Below are positions 8,496-17,735 of a stretch of 20,000 bases of DNA, in pieces. The stretch is from an uncultured virus (IMG/VR IMGVR_UViG_3300005573_001079) (lineage: Duplodnaviria; Heunggongvirae; Uroviricota; Caudoviricetes): positions 108,926-128,925 of IMG/VR virus record IMGVR_UViG_3300005573_001079; one strand, written 5' to 3'. The stretch's first letter is position 1, and every line of letters begins with the position of its first letter. The notes under the pieces were generated by a model. The model saw only the letters and a program-made list of their open reading frames with translations. It was not told the origin of the DNA and did no database searches. Position numbers and translations under genes: made by a program.

Positions 8496-10469
8496 TTACT
8501 GATTCTTTAGTTTAGTTATTCTTAAATATGTTGCATATCCTCCATGTAGATCATTAAAATTAAATAAATTTCGCGTGTTTCTCATACAAATGATAGGTTG
8601 AGTAACATAATTATATCCAGTTACAAGTAACTTATTATAAATACCACTTGTATCATCTACATTTACAATTGCTTTTGTAATTAAAGAATTATATGTGTAA
8701 TGTGAGTCTACCTGAGCAAAAGACCAACCAGCAACCTGCCACTGTGGTTGTTGCATACTTCCAGAAGGATATGGCTTAATTATAATCATTCCATATGATC
8801 CCGTAACCTGATAAGAGCAATAATGAGTACTACAAAGCGCTACTTCATATATTCCTTTTTCTTTGATCGTAATTTGAAAACTTCCGGTGCCAGAAGTGGG
8901 ATTACCCGTAATTATATCTGCTTGAGATATTTGATTACCAGTAATATTATGCCATGGTATAAATTGACAAACATCAAGAAATTGATCAAAATCAAGGTTT
9001 GCAGGAGTAGGTGGTATATATGGATCAAAAAGACTATAAGGAATAACATAAATATCACTCTTATTTTGCAAACTCAAATGAGTATGGTAGGGATCTGCAT
9101 CTGAAGTAGGTCCAGCTGTTAAAGGATTGGAAGATTTCCAGTTACTGCCTGTTCCAGTAAGTGCTTTTCCTATTTGATAGCGTAATCTTTGCAATGTATC
9201 TTTAAGAGAACTAGTTAATGTTAACTCAGATGTAGAAGGATTTTGTACACCCTCTTCATAATCTGCAGCAATGTCAAGTATATTATTTCCATAAAATGTT
9301 CTACAATCTGTCCATGATAATATATCATCTCCCGCATCTGCTATTTCAGCAACTCCTAATGGATAATATTCAATTCCTTTATGACCTGTACTATAATGAT
9401 ATCCATTTAAGTTAAATGAAAAAAGATTATCAATATAAGTAAGGAAAAAACTATCAAATTCTTTCCACTCAACTCCTCCTTGTGAGTTTACAACTGCAAA
9501 ATATAAACCGTCAGACGGAGCATCAGATGCACGTAAAATAGGTAAACTTCCTGTTATTACATTACCATTTACTAACAAAAAAGCATTAGAAGGAGGATTA
9601 AAAGAAATATATGCTCCAATATATTGATCATTGATTACTCCTTTATAACTATCAAGAGTCTGTTGGTTTCTTACTCCAATAGGGATAATTCCATTTACAT
9701 GTAAATCTGTTGCGTGTCGTTTTTGTAATAATTTTAAATCTCCTCCAAGATCGTCAAAACTTAATCCATGAGGATTGTTTGGTGTTGGAGTTGCAGACCC
9801 TGTTGAATATATATGATCTGCAACTGATTTGTGAGTAGGTACTGGAACTTTATAAGGGTCTACTCCAACAGAATCTGCAGTAGTAAACCATTTTGTATAC
9901 AATCTAGTATCTTCTATACCACTTGAATCAATATTACCATTACCATCTGCTTGAAATCTTGCTAATAATATTTCAGAAGATGTTGATGGAGGAAGATTAT
10001 CTATTGAAACAAAGAAAGACCTATAGTATCTTGTAGGATGTAATACACCTAAGTCATCCGCTTTTAAACTACCAGTAGCTTCTGCGTAGGAAATTTTAAC
10101 ATAATTAATATCATTAGGAGAAGAAGTCCATCTATAATAAAGTGAAGACTCTCCTTTAGATATAGTAAGAATTCCAGGTAAAACTATAAGTTCTCCAGGA
10201 TCTAATATAGCAGCCCCTGGATATATTCTTATTGTATCATCTTGAACTTTTACTACTTTTAGATTTTTATTCATAGTGTGTTCTGAGGGACTTCCTATAA
10301 CCCCGCCTTTATCTTTACCATATGTTACAAGTTGATCTTCATTGTATCCCCCGCTTCTTCCTAAAAAGGATCTTATTACATTTTGCAAGTTTCCAATAAG
10401 ACTATCACTTATACTATTTAAATCTTCGCTTAAAACTAACTGATCATTAAAAAAATAAGGTCTCTCCAT
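8496..10469 (-). CDS. Tail fibre / baseplate-attached fibre protein
   Basis: 657 aa. N-terminal RPYFFNDQLVLSEDLN matches a baseplate/fibre attachment pattern. DH...NNPHGL and HTH motifs are typical of trimeric fibres. C-terminal beta domain (ITIKEKGIYEV...TYLRITKL) is C1q/BclA-like. SD GGAGG. Confidence 0.7.
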   Translation of the reverse strand: MERPYFFNDQLVLSEDLNSISDSLIGNLQNVIRSFLGRSGGYNEDQLVTYGKDKGGVIGSPSEHTMNKNLKVVKVQDDTIRIYPGAAILDPGELIVLPGILTISKGESSLYYRWTSSPNDINYVKISYAEATGSLKADDLGVLHPTRYYRSFFVSIDNLPPSTSSEILLARFQADGNGNIDSSGIEDTRLYTKWFTTADSVGVDPYKVPVPTHKSVADHIYSTGSATPTPNNPHGLSFDDLGGDLKLLQKRHATDLHVNGIIPIGVRNQQTLDSYKGVINDQYIGAYISFNPPSNAFLLVNGNVITGSLPILRASDAPSDGLYFAVVNSQGGVEWKEFDSFFLTYIDNLFSFNLNGYHYSTGHKGIEYYPLGVAEIADAGDDILSWTDCRTFYGNNILDIAADYEEGVQNPSTSELTLTSSLKDTLQRLRYQIGKALTGTGSNWKSSNPLTAGPTSDADPYHTHLSLQNKSDIYVIPYSLFDPYIPPTPANLDFDQFLDVCQFIPWHNITGNQISQADIITGNPTSGTGSFQITIKEKGIYEVALCSTHYCSYQVTGSYGMIIIKPYPSGSMQQPQWQVAGWSFAQVDSHYTYNSLITKAIVNVDDTSGIYNKLLVTGYNYVTQPIICMRNTRNLFNFNDLHGGYATYLRITKLKNQ

Positions 10470-10484
10470 TTTGAACCTCCTTTA

Positions 10485-13307
10485 TTAATTTTTTTCTCCT
10501 TGAGGATTACCATATTTCCAAATTTTTGGATGTATTCCTCTAAAATAATTTCTTTTGCTATTATAAATAAATTCACAATTTTGTATCTTTTCTGATAAAT
10601 AATTTATTACATCCTGTGATAAATATTGTTTATTGATAATATTAACACTTATCTTTTTTGTCATAAAAACTGGATTAACTAACTTCTCTATCTCCTCTGT
10701 AGATAGTTTAAAGAGATCGTCTAATAACATTACTAATGCATTATCTCTTGAATCTGATATAGATAAAACGGGTTTTCCTTCTATTATTTCGAATTCTATA
10801 TCATATGGTGGTTGAAATCCTCTTTCTGATAATTCTGGTAAGAAAGTTTTAATCTCATAAGTTTTATGTGGTAAGATTATTTGAGTAACCAATTCATTAT
10901 TTTCATTAACAAAGAATATAAAAGGATTTTTTACAAGAACTGAAGTAGGATGATAATTATAATCAGAAAAAACCTGACTTTGAGAAAAAGACCGACCTGG
11001 GTCAAACCAACTCCAATCAAAAGTAGTACTACCATAAACTGTTATTACTTTGTATTTAAAAGTATACCAACTTCTTTGTAAAACAAAATCAGAATGATAC
11101 TCTTCTTCAAAGACTATTTTATTGTGATATGGTTGTATCCAAATAGGAAGCTCTATTTTCTTACCCGTAAAGTTGTACCCCCACGCCACCATTTTTCCAT
11201 CTTTAGATGTCCATCCTTGAGGACTTGAATACCATCCACAAGTTAAGTCTATGTACATTATTCCAGAGAATAATCCTCCTACGTAATTACAACAAAAATA
11301 TGAACCACAAGGACTAGGCAAAGTTTTGCCCTTCTTTATATCGACTTTTATTCTTTCAAAACGATAGTTAAGAACTTTTTCTATATCTAAATAAGTAAAT
11401 GCTCCAGAGTATACTCCACTCGATTTTCCACTTTTTCCTAATGTACCAGAAAATCCTGTTATACTAGACCCTCCTTCTGGTATAGGAGTAGTAGCTACTA
11501 CTGCCATCTTTTCTCCTACTCTAACCATACCACAAGCATCTATTCCTTTTCTAAACATTCTTAAAGGAATTTCTACGTAAGTAATATTCGGTATTTGAGT
11601 AGTATCTTGTACTTTATAATAGCCAACTCTATATAATATACTATCAGGAGTTACAAATATTACATCCAAAGTATCTAATCCTACGCTTAGTATCTTTGCA
11701 TGTATTACAGTATCTACAATCATTGAAGATAATACTGCATTAAGGTCTTTTTGAAAATTTCCGGAATTTACTGGATTTAAAACGTATATGTTTATATATA
11801 AAGAATCAATTTCTACATATCTATTTGGCAGATAACTTAAAAATAAAGTATCTGGTATTGGAACAACATTATTTTTTGTAATTGGTTTTCCAATAATAGT
11901 AAAGTTAAATTTATGAGCTGAGTCTGGTAAAGGAAGAAGGTAAGTTGTATTATTATAAACATTAATAGAATCTTGCAAAAAAGATACAAATAAAGTTACA
12001 GAATCTCTCGAAGAATACCATTTAATCTTTACAGTATCCCCTTGTACAAATAAAGAATTTTGATAAGGACTTAAAAACTTTAAAGTGTCATACTTTGTTA
12101 ATGGAGCCCATCTTAAATAAGGATATCCTTCATTTATTGAAGGATCGATTGCCCAAGTGTTATCAAAATCCCATGTTGTATAAGTACTTTGAGTTTTCAT
12201 TTCTGCAGTTAGCTTCGCTATAGCAGAATCAGAATTTACTAAAACAGAAGCGCTTTTTTGAGTACCACAAATTTCATAATTAAAATATGAATAGAATATG
12301 TTTTGAGAAACTCCAGACCATCCTAATTTAGTAAAACCTCCCGCGGGTCCTTCAAATTGTGTGGTACTATAACACCTTCTTATAATTAAATTAGGACTTC
12401 CGCCTGAATATCCTACTCCTGTAACAAACCCTACAGTAGCTCCTCCAGAATTAGTTGTTAATGTTATTTTACCTTTGAAAAAACAATCTTCTATTATTAC
12501 GTTTCCACTCGAACTTGCAGAATATCCTATATATCCTAAAAACGCTCCAAGATTTCCAGAAGATGTTAAGTATCTTCTTCCTTTTATATGTACATTTTCT
12601 GCAAAACATTTTTGAATTACTCCTTCTACAATTGTACCACAAATTGCCCCTGTTGAAAATCCTGCGCCGCTTGTCCCATCCCCTGCTGTCCATATAAGAG
12701 TATTTCTTATCGCACATTCTTTTACGCTATCTAAAGTAGTAGTACCAATATATCCTATAATTCCACCGACTCCATTTTGCATGTTAATATAATTTTCTTT
12801 CAGTATTATTTTTGAAGAATCAACTATTACTCTATACAATAAATTTCTAAAATCAGAAAAAGAAGTTCCGAATCTTCCAGCAATAAATCCTATGTAGGAA
12901 TTTGTCATATTATTATTTAAAGTAGAGTCTACTATTTCAAAATTCTTACAAGATAAATTGAATACTCTAATAGTAGTAGCACCTGAGAAAAGACCTATAT
13001 AATTACCACTCGTAACTTCATAATACATTTTCATATTCCTTATAACATGACCATTTCCATCAAGAGATACTCGTGCAGATATATTTATTGGAGTCCAATT
13101 TCCTCCGCTACCTACTCCTAAATCATCTAAGTTTATATCATTAATTAATTTGTAATAAACAGTTGTATTAGAACCTTGGTTACGAATTTGATTAAATTGT
13201 TGAGCGGTAGAAATAAGATAAGGATCATTTTGAGTACCACTTCCTCCTGCAAACTGTCCTAATAAATTTTGTGATAAGAATAAAATGATAATTATGATTC
13301 TTTTCAT
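10485..13307 (-). CDS. Secreted GLUG-type beta-helix surface/adhesin-like protein
   Basis: 940 aa. Signal peptide MKRIIIIILFLSQNLLG|Q followed by GSGT.NDPYLIST, YKLINDINL, WTPI, LDGNGH.I.N, IGLF, VGGIIG repeats and EMKTQSTY..WDFDNTW.I...NEGYPYL, which is the characteristic envelope of GLUG-motif proteins. The C-terminal half is unrecognised. Confidence 0.8.
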   Translation of the reverse strand: MKRIIIIILFLSQNLLGQFAGGSGTQNDPYLISTAQQFNQIRNQGSNTTVYYKLINDINLDDLGVGSGGNWTPINISARVSLDGNGHVIRNMKMYYEVTSGNYIGLFSGATTIRVFNLSCKNFEIVDSTLNNNMTNSYIGFIAGRFGTSFSDFRNLLYRVIVDSSKIILKENYINMQNGVGGIIGYIGTTTLDSVKECAIRNTLIWTAGDGTSGAGFSTGAICGTIVEGVIQKCFAENVHIKGRRYLTSSGNLGAFLGYIGYSASSSGNVIIEDCFFKGKITLTTNSGGATVGFVTGVGYSGGSPNLIIRRCYSTTQFEGPAGGFTKLGWSGVSQNIFYSYFNYEICGTQKSASVLVNSDSAIAKLTAEMKTQSTYTTWDFDNTWAIDPSINEGYPYLRWAPLTKYDTLKFLSPYQNSLFVQGDTVKIKWYSSRDSVTLFVSFLQDSINVYNNTTYLLPLPDSAHKFNFTIIGKPITKNNVVPIPDTLFLSYLPNRYVEIDSLYINIYVLNPVNSGNFQKDLNAVLSSMIVDTVIHAKILSVGLDTLDVIFVTPDSILYRVGYYKVQDTTQIPNITYVEIPLRMFRKGIDACGMVRVGEKMAVVATTPIPEGGSSITGFSGTLGKSGKSSGVYSGAFTYLDIEKVLNYRFERIKVDIKKGKTLPSPCGSYFCCNYVGGLFSGIMYIDLTCGWYSSPQGWTSKDGKMVAWGYNFTGKKIELPIWIQPYHNKIVFEEEYHSDFVLQRSWYTFKYKVITVYGSTTFDWSWFDPGRSFSQSQVFSDYNYHPTSVLVKNPFIFFVNENNELVTQIILPHKTYEIKTFLPELSERGFQPPYDIEFEIIEGKPVLSISDSRDNALVMLLDDLFKLSTEEIEKLVNPVFMTKKISVNIINKQYLSQDVINYLSEKIQNCEFIYNSKRNYFRGIHPKIWKYGNPQGEKN

Positions 13308-13323
13308 ATAGTATCTTCTTTCT

Positions 13324-13797
13324 TTATTTCTTTATCCAAATCCAACAATACCATAATTCTCTTGTACTTGTAGAAGGTCTAGATACAATAAATCGATCGG
13401 TTTCAATCCTAACTCCTAATACATCTTGTGGATCTGGTATTGTATTTAATATAGTTACAACAACAACATCTTGTGGTCTAATGCCTTGTACATAAATAGT
13501 ATCATATTGTTTGTTAACCACAAAATAGTTTTGTCCTGAAAAAGAAGGAGAAAACTTTAAAGTATCATTTATTATTTGTAATTGATTTGGATCTGTAAAA
13601 ACAATTAATTCGTTAAGTAAACTATCAATATCTGTCCAATTTTTATTTAGCGAGTCTGCACTTGGTCTTGCTGATTGAGCCCATTGTCTTAATTTATAAT
13701 ATTGTGTTCTTGATGAAGGTGGATCAAATCGTTGTTGTGAAATTACATTTATATAAGTTAAAACTACAAATAAAAGAAAATATAATAATTTTTTCAT
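13324..13797 (-). CDS. Signal-peptide protein with tail-fibre-anchor-like motif
   Basis: 157 aa. Signal peptide MKKLLYFLLFVVLTYINVIS|Q, then RTQYYKLRQW....PSADSLNKNWTDIDSLL, resembling the T.NY.L..W......LN.N...ID..L N-terminal anchor of phage fibres. Small C-terminal beta domain. SD AGGAGG. Confidence 0.65.
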   Translation of the reverse strand: MKKLLYFLLFVVLTYINVISQQRFDPPSSRTQYYKLRQWAQSARPSADSLNKNWTDIDSLLNELIVFTDPNQLQIINDTLKFSPSFSGQNYFVVNKQYDTIYVQGIRPQDVVVVTILNTIPDPQDVLGVRIETDRFIVSRPSTSTRELWYCWIWIKK

Positions 13798-13814
13798 AAA
13801 CTCCTCCTTTCTTT

Positions 13815-15857
13815 TTATAGGTATATTCCATAATCTTCGGAATATATATCACCATACCCAGATGCTTCGTGAGCTATTTTAAAATAAGGTAATGGAATAG
13901 AAGATGTAGTTACTCCTCTAATAGAACATTGATGCAACTCAAATTCTTTTACATTTGCTTCTATTCTAAATTGAAATTGATGTATCGTATCTTGGTTCAT
14001 TATTTTACGAGATGTTATTTTAGGCAATGTATCATAAAAACGATTTCTTAATTCTCCAGGAACAATACTTCCTGTACTTAACATTATTTCATCAAATCCT
14101 ATTCCTATAGAATTAGTATCAATTCTTAAATACCCAGATGGTATAGAAGGAATACTTCCTGTTATTTGTTCTGAATATATTAAATTATCATCTACTTGTA
14201 AATAAATAACATTATCAATACCTAGACATGCAAAATAATGAGGTCTATATGGTAATTCTTCAAGATACTCTGAAATATCTGCCCTTACAGTAGTAATACT
14301 ACCACTATTGTTTATATTAAAGCTAAAAAACCCGCTAAGAAAATCATATGATTCTATCGCTATTGAATACCCATTGTTTTCCGGTATAACAGTCATTTCG
14401 TGAGGAGAAGGAAGATCTTCATATTTATAAACAAATACACCTCGAAATGTAGTATCTATTCCATAAATCCATCCTTCCCATAAAAAGTTAGTTTGAGATA
14501 AATCCAAAGCGACATCATTATATATTAAAATTAAAGACCCAGAACTTAGTTTCCACCCTAATTTTAAAGGTTCTCTTCCTCTTATGTAAGTAGTTTTAAA
14601 AGATCCACTAGTCCAAAGAGTTAAATTATTTACAGTCGAAATATCTTCTACTTCATTTAGTTTATTAAATATTAAGTGATTAATAGGTTGTAAATCTTTT
14701 GAAGATTCTATGTCAGATAAAAGACTAAACTTATTATATCCTGGTAAATATTCTCTAAAGTAAACTGTTCTTGGAATTGGTTGTCCAGGATAAGATCTCA
14801 TATAAACTTTATATCTTGCGTCATTTCTTAGTAAAACAGACCAATCATAATAATAAGTAATGTCAGGGTTTATATCCACAATTCCTAAATAACCAGATGT
14901 TAAAGCGCCTTTATAGGAAGGAATATCTATTAAAGAAACGTGAGGATCTGTCTCATATATTGGATCTCTCCAAAAAAGAACTTGTTGAGTATTATAAATG
15001 TACCCTCCACTTGCATACATAAATAAGTCAGAAGAATAAGAAGGTATACTCATAGGAGAAGGTTTCCATATAGATATTTTATCAGAAACATCATAATAAG
15101 GAATTATATCTACTTTTAAAACATTATTAATAGAATTTTCTATACTTCGAACTATACTACTTGTAGCAATAGTACTATCTAAGAATAAAGTGCAATTAAT
15201 TCCACTATTATAACGTTTCTTTCCTAACAATTTCGTATTAAAACCAAGTTTAGAATATGTATATAAATAAGGATCTCCTACACTCGCCGGAAGATTAGTA
15301 TAGTAAAGATTTCCTTTTTTAGGTATTTCTGCATCAAGAATTACTAAATTATCTCCTGTACTCAATATAGAACCTGTAACAGTTTGTAACTTCCATCCTA
15401 AAACATCTCTTACAGACTCTCTGACTAAAGGAGAAACTCCGTTGTAAGCTTGTCCTACTTGATGGATACTTTTAATTGTAGTACTATCAAAGAGAGCCTC
15501 TGATATAAATCGAAGTTGTTGTCTGTATCCTTGTAAAATATAATTATGAATTTCATATTCTTGACTTATATTTTTACTAACTTCAAATAAATAACCAAAG
15601 TTCTCATACATTTTACTACTACTTCTGTCAGTAGGAAAAGGAGTAGTTCTTACTCCTTCAATAAAAAGATCATTAAATAATTGAAAACTTTCGATAGAAG
15701 CAGAAGATATTTGATCTGCATACATTTTTAGTATATTGTATATATTAGACCCAATAATATTTACAGGATACCAACGAGATGAAAGATAAGAAAATAAGCT
15801 AGATAGGATTCTGTTTATACTTCTGTTTGCGTAATCTTTCCAGTTTATAAAAATCAT
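13815..15857 (-). CDS. Baseplate wedge-like protein (gpI/gp7-type N-terminus) with LamG/ConA-like C-terminal domain
   Basis: Directly follows baseplate J, with an ATGA overlap at 15854-15857 preferred over the 15869 start. N-terminal MYENFGYL...YRQQLR...TTIKSI pattern. C-terminal WEGWIY...HYFAC...IYLQVD...FDEIMLS jelly-roll pattern. Confidence 0.6.
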   Translation of the reverse strand: MIFINWKDYANRSINRILSSLFSYLSSRWYPVNIIGSNIYNILKMYADQISSASIESFQLFNDLFIEGVRTTPFPTDRSSSKMYENFGYLFEVSKNISQEYEIHNYILQGYRQQLRFISEALFDSTTIKSIHQVGQAYNGVSPLVRESVRDVLGWKLQTVTGSILSTGDNLVILDAEIPKKGNLYYTNLPASVGDPYLYTYSKLGFNTKLLGKKRYNSGINCTLFLDSTIATSSIVRSIENSINNVLKVDIIPYYDVSDKISIWKPSPMSIPSYSSDLFMYASGGYIYNTQQVLFWRDPIYETDPHVSLIDIPSYKGALTSGYLGIVDINPDITYYYDWSVLLRNDARYKVYMRSYPGQPIPRTVYFREYLPGYNKFSLLSDIESSKDLQPINHLIFNKLNEVEDISTVNNLTLWTSGSFKTTYIRGREPLKLGWKLSSGSLILIYNDVALDLSQTNFLWEGWIYGIDTTFRGVFVYKYEDLPSPHEMTVIPENNGYSIAIESYDFLSGFFSFNINNSGSITTVRADISEYLEELPYRPHYFACLGIDNVIYLQVDDNLIYSEQITGSIPSIPSGYLRIDTNSIGIGFDEIMLSTGSIVPGELRNRFYDTLPKITSRKIMNQDTIHQFQFRIEANVKEFELHQCSIRGVTTSSIPLPYFKIAHEASGYGDIYSEDYGIYL

Positions 15858-17257
15858 ACTGTAAACCAATTTATAGTTAAATTACTTAGTGTAGGAAAAC
15901 AATTAAACGGAATTTCAAGATTTCCAAAGTTATTGGGTAATATACTATTATCTTCACTTTTAAATTCATTAAATGGAAGCTTTACATCATCAACTCCATT
16001 TGTATTGAGAATTACTCTTGCAATATCGGCTTGTTGTAATTCTTGTCCTATATGTAAACTGTCGATAAAGGAAGATATTTCATCTCTAATTAAACTTTCA
16101 AGACTGAGTTGGTCATAACCAGGTAAAGCTCTAATTGTTATATTTAAGACAATAGGAACGACAATTGCTTCTTTTACTAAAATATCTACATTTTGAATTA
16201 ATTTGTCTTCTCTTAAAAGGTAATTTTGCAAATCGGATATAAGAGAATTATAAGAGTAATTTACTATAACAGATCCCGAAGAAGAAAATAAAGGAGGACT
16301 AAAGGTTATTTTGTCGTTTCCTTTAACTGAACCCGCATAAGCTCCAGAGTCTTTTACAAAACTATAATTAGTAGTAATCTCACTTCCTCCTTGAGCTATA
16401 TAAAAAATTTCTCTTACGGGTTGATTAGATAAAACTATTTCGTCAAATGAAGGATTTAATACTGCAGAAAAAACTTCTTGAGTATTACTTATTCTGTATC
16501 CTTTTACATAAACATCTACTGCTCCCGCATCTTCTCTCCCTACATCATTGTGCCCCAATACTTTTGCATCAATTACATCTTCTGAAAACATTAAGACATC
16601 ACTTAATAATCCGCTTAAAGTTCCTAAATTACTTCCTTTCCATTTTAAAGCAATCCTATTTCTAAAAGTTTCTGTGTCTTCTCTATCCATTCCTCCTGTA
16701 GTTGACTCTTTATTATAACATCCTTCGATTCCTGTAATTGGAGTAATAATAGTATTAATAGATAAAGGACCAACAACACTATTTGCACCCGGAAATACAG
16801 ATACAATTGGCGCAGTTACTTCATATACACCAGTGTTGGGATTTAAATAGGTTTGTGAAAACGCTGTGTACATTGTAACAGTTGATAATGTAACAAAACG
16901 CTGTGCCTCCGTAGTATTGGTAGGAGATGTAGATACTACTGTACCAGCAGGAATTGTTATATCAAAACTAGGTGCAGTATTTCTGAAAAATGTTACATAT
17001 CCTTTTGACTGTCTTGCATTTTTCCTAACTAATCCTAAATTAGAAGCTATTTTATCAAGAACTGAGTCTGGAGCTGTAAGAAGAGATTGACTTAAAGAAA
17101 TTGTATCCATTTCGGAATAAATTTTTGCAAGCTCTTGAGAAGGAGCATCAATTATTACATCTCTAACAATCGTCCCTTCACTTGTATCAATAGTTGGTTT
17201 TACACTTTTTATAAAAGAGATCATTGAATTTACAATATTAGAAAAAGTTCTTGCCAT
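15854..17257 (-). CDS. Baseplate J / gp47-family wedge protein
   Basis: 467 aa. Motifs DTSEGTIVRD, LDKIASNLGLVRK.A..SKG.VTF, IPAGTVVST, GGMDREDTETFRNR, GAVDVYV, L.IGQ.L, GVDDV. Confidence 0.92.
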   Translation of the reverse strand: MARTFSNIVNSMISFIKSVKPTIDTSEGTIVRDVIIDAPSQELAKIYSEMDTISLSQSLLTAPDSVLDKIASNLGLVRKNARQSKGYVTFFRNTAPSFDITIPAGTVVSTSPTNTTEAQRFVTLSTVTMYTAFSQTYLNPNTGVYEVTAPIVSVFPGANSVVGPLSINTIITPITGIEGCYNKESTTGGMDREDTETFRNRIALKWKGSNLGTLSGLLSDVLMFSEDVIDAKVLGHNDVGREDAGAVDVYVKGYRISNTQEVFSAVLNPSFDEIVLSNQPVREIFYIAQGGSEITTNYSFVKDSGAYAGSVKGNDKITFSPPLFSSSGSVIVNYSYNSLISDLQNYLLREDKLIQNVDILVKEAIVVPIVLNITIRALPGYDQLSLESLIRDEISSFIDSLHIGQELQQADIARVILNTNGVDDVKLPFNEFKSEDNSILPNNFGNLEIPFNCFPTLSNLTINWFTV

Positions 17258-17258
17258 T

Positions 17259-17735
17259 TCATACCTCTAAAGATAAGTTTATTTCCGCTTGTTTACCTGA
17301 AGTACTTTTACAGACTATTAGTATTTCTACTTTCCTTGGATCAGGATTCTCAAGTATATCGACTTTATCAATACTATCAATCTTTTCTGTAGGTAAGTAA
17401 TAGAATCCTTCTTTCTCTTTTTCTTTTTGTAAGTTAATTAAATAATTAATACATCTATATATTTCACTTTTAACCCCAGATTTTAACTTATCATTATAAC
17501 TTAACATATTATAATTAAATCCATATCCAGTATCTCTTGTTGATTCTGTTAAAATCTTTTTTATTTTTTGTTTTAATAGTTCTATGCCTCCTACGGTATT
17601 TACTTTACCATTACTATCAAAACTGATGTCTCCTACTACTCCTTTACCATTACATTTCGGACAATTCTCTAAAGTAAATTTTTCAATCGGATCTCCAACA
17701 ATATGATCACAAATGGTTATTCCTAATAAATCCAT
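17259..17735 (-). CDS. gp25/XkdS-like baseplate (sheath-initiator) protein with N-terminal Zn-finger
   Basis: 158 aa immediately upstream of baseplate J. DISFDSNG...GIELLKQKIKKILT....GYG is gp25-like. N-terminal CDH...CPKCNGKG. Confidence 0.7.
   Translation of the reverse strand: MDLLGITICDHIVGDPIEKFTLENCPKCNGKGVVGDISFDSNGKVNTVGGIELLKQKIKKILTESTRDTGYGFNYNMLSYNDKLKSGVKSEIYRCINYLINLQKEKEKEGFYYLPTEKIDSIDKVDILENPDPRKVEILIVCKSTSGKQAEINLSLEV

Noticed and set aside
8496..8900. Diversity-generating retroelement target at the fibre C-terminus
   Set aside because: No template repeat or reverse transcriptase seen in the window.
911..17090. All plus-strand ORFs in the track (e.g. 911-1237, 4294-4500, 4773-5093, 6195-6434, 8823-9104, 15933-16118, 16866-17090) and the nested minus ORF 12469-12717
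   Set aside because: Short, lying entirely within longer well-supported genes, and without recognisable motifs. They are antisense or alternate-frame shadows.
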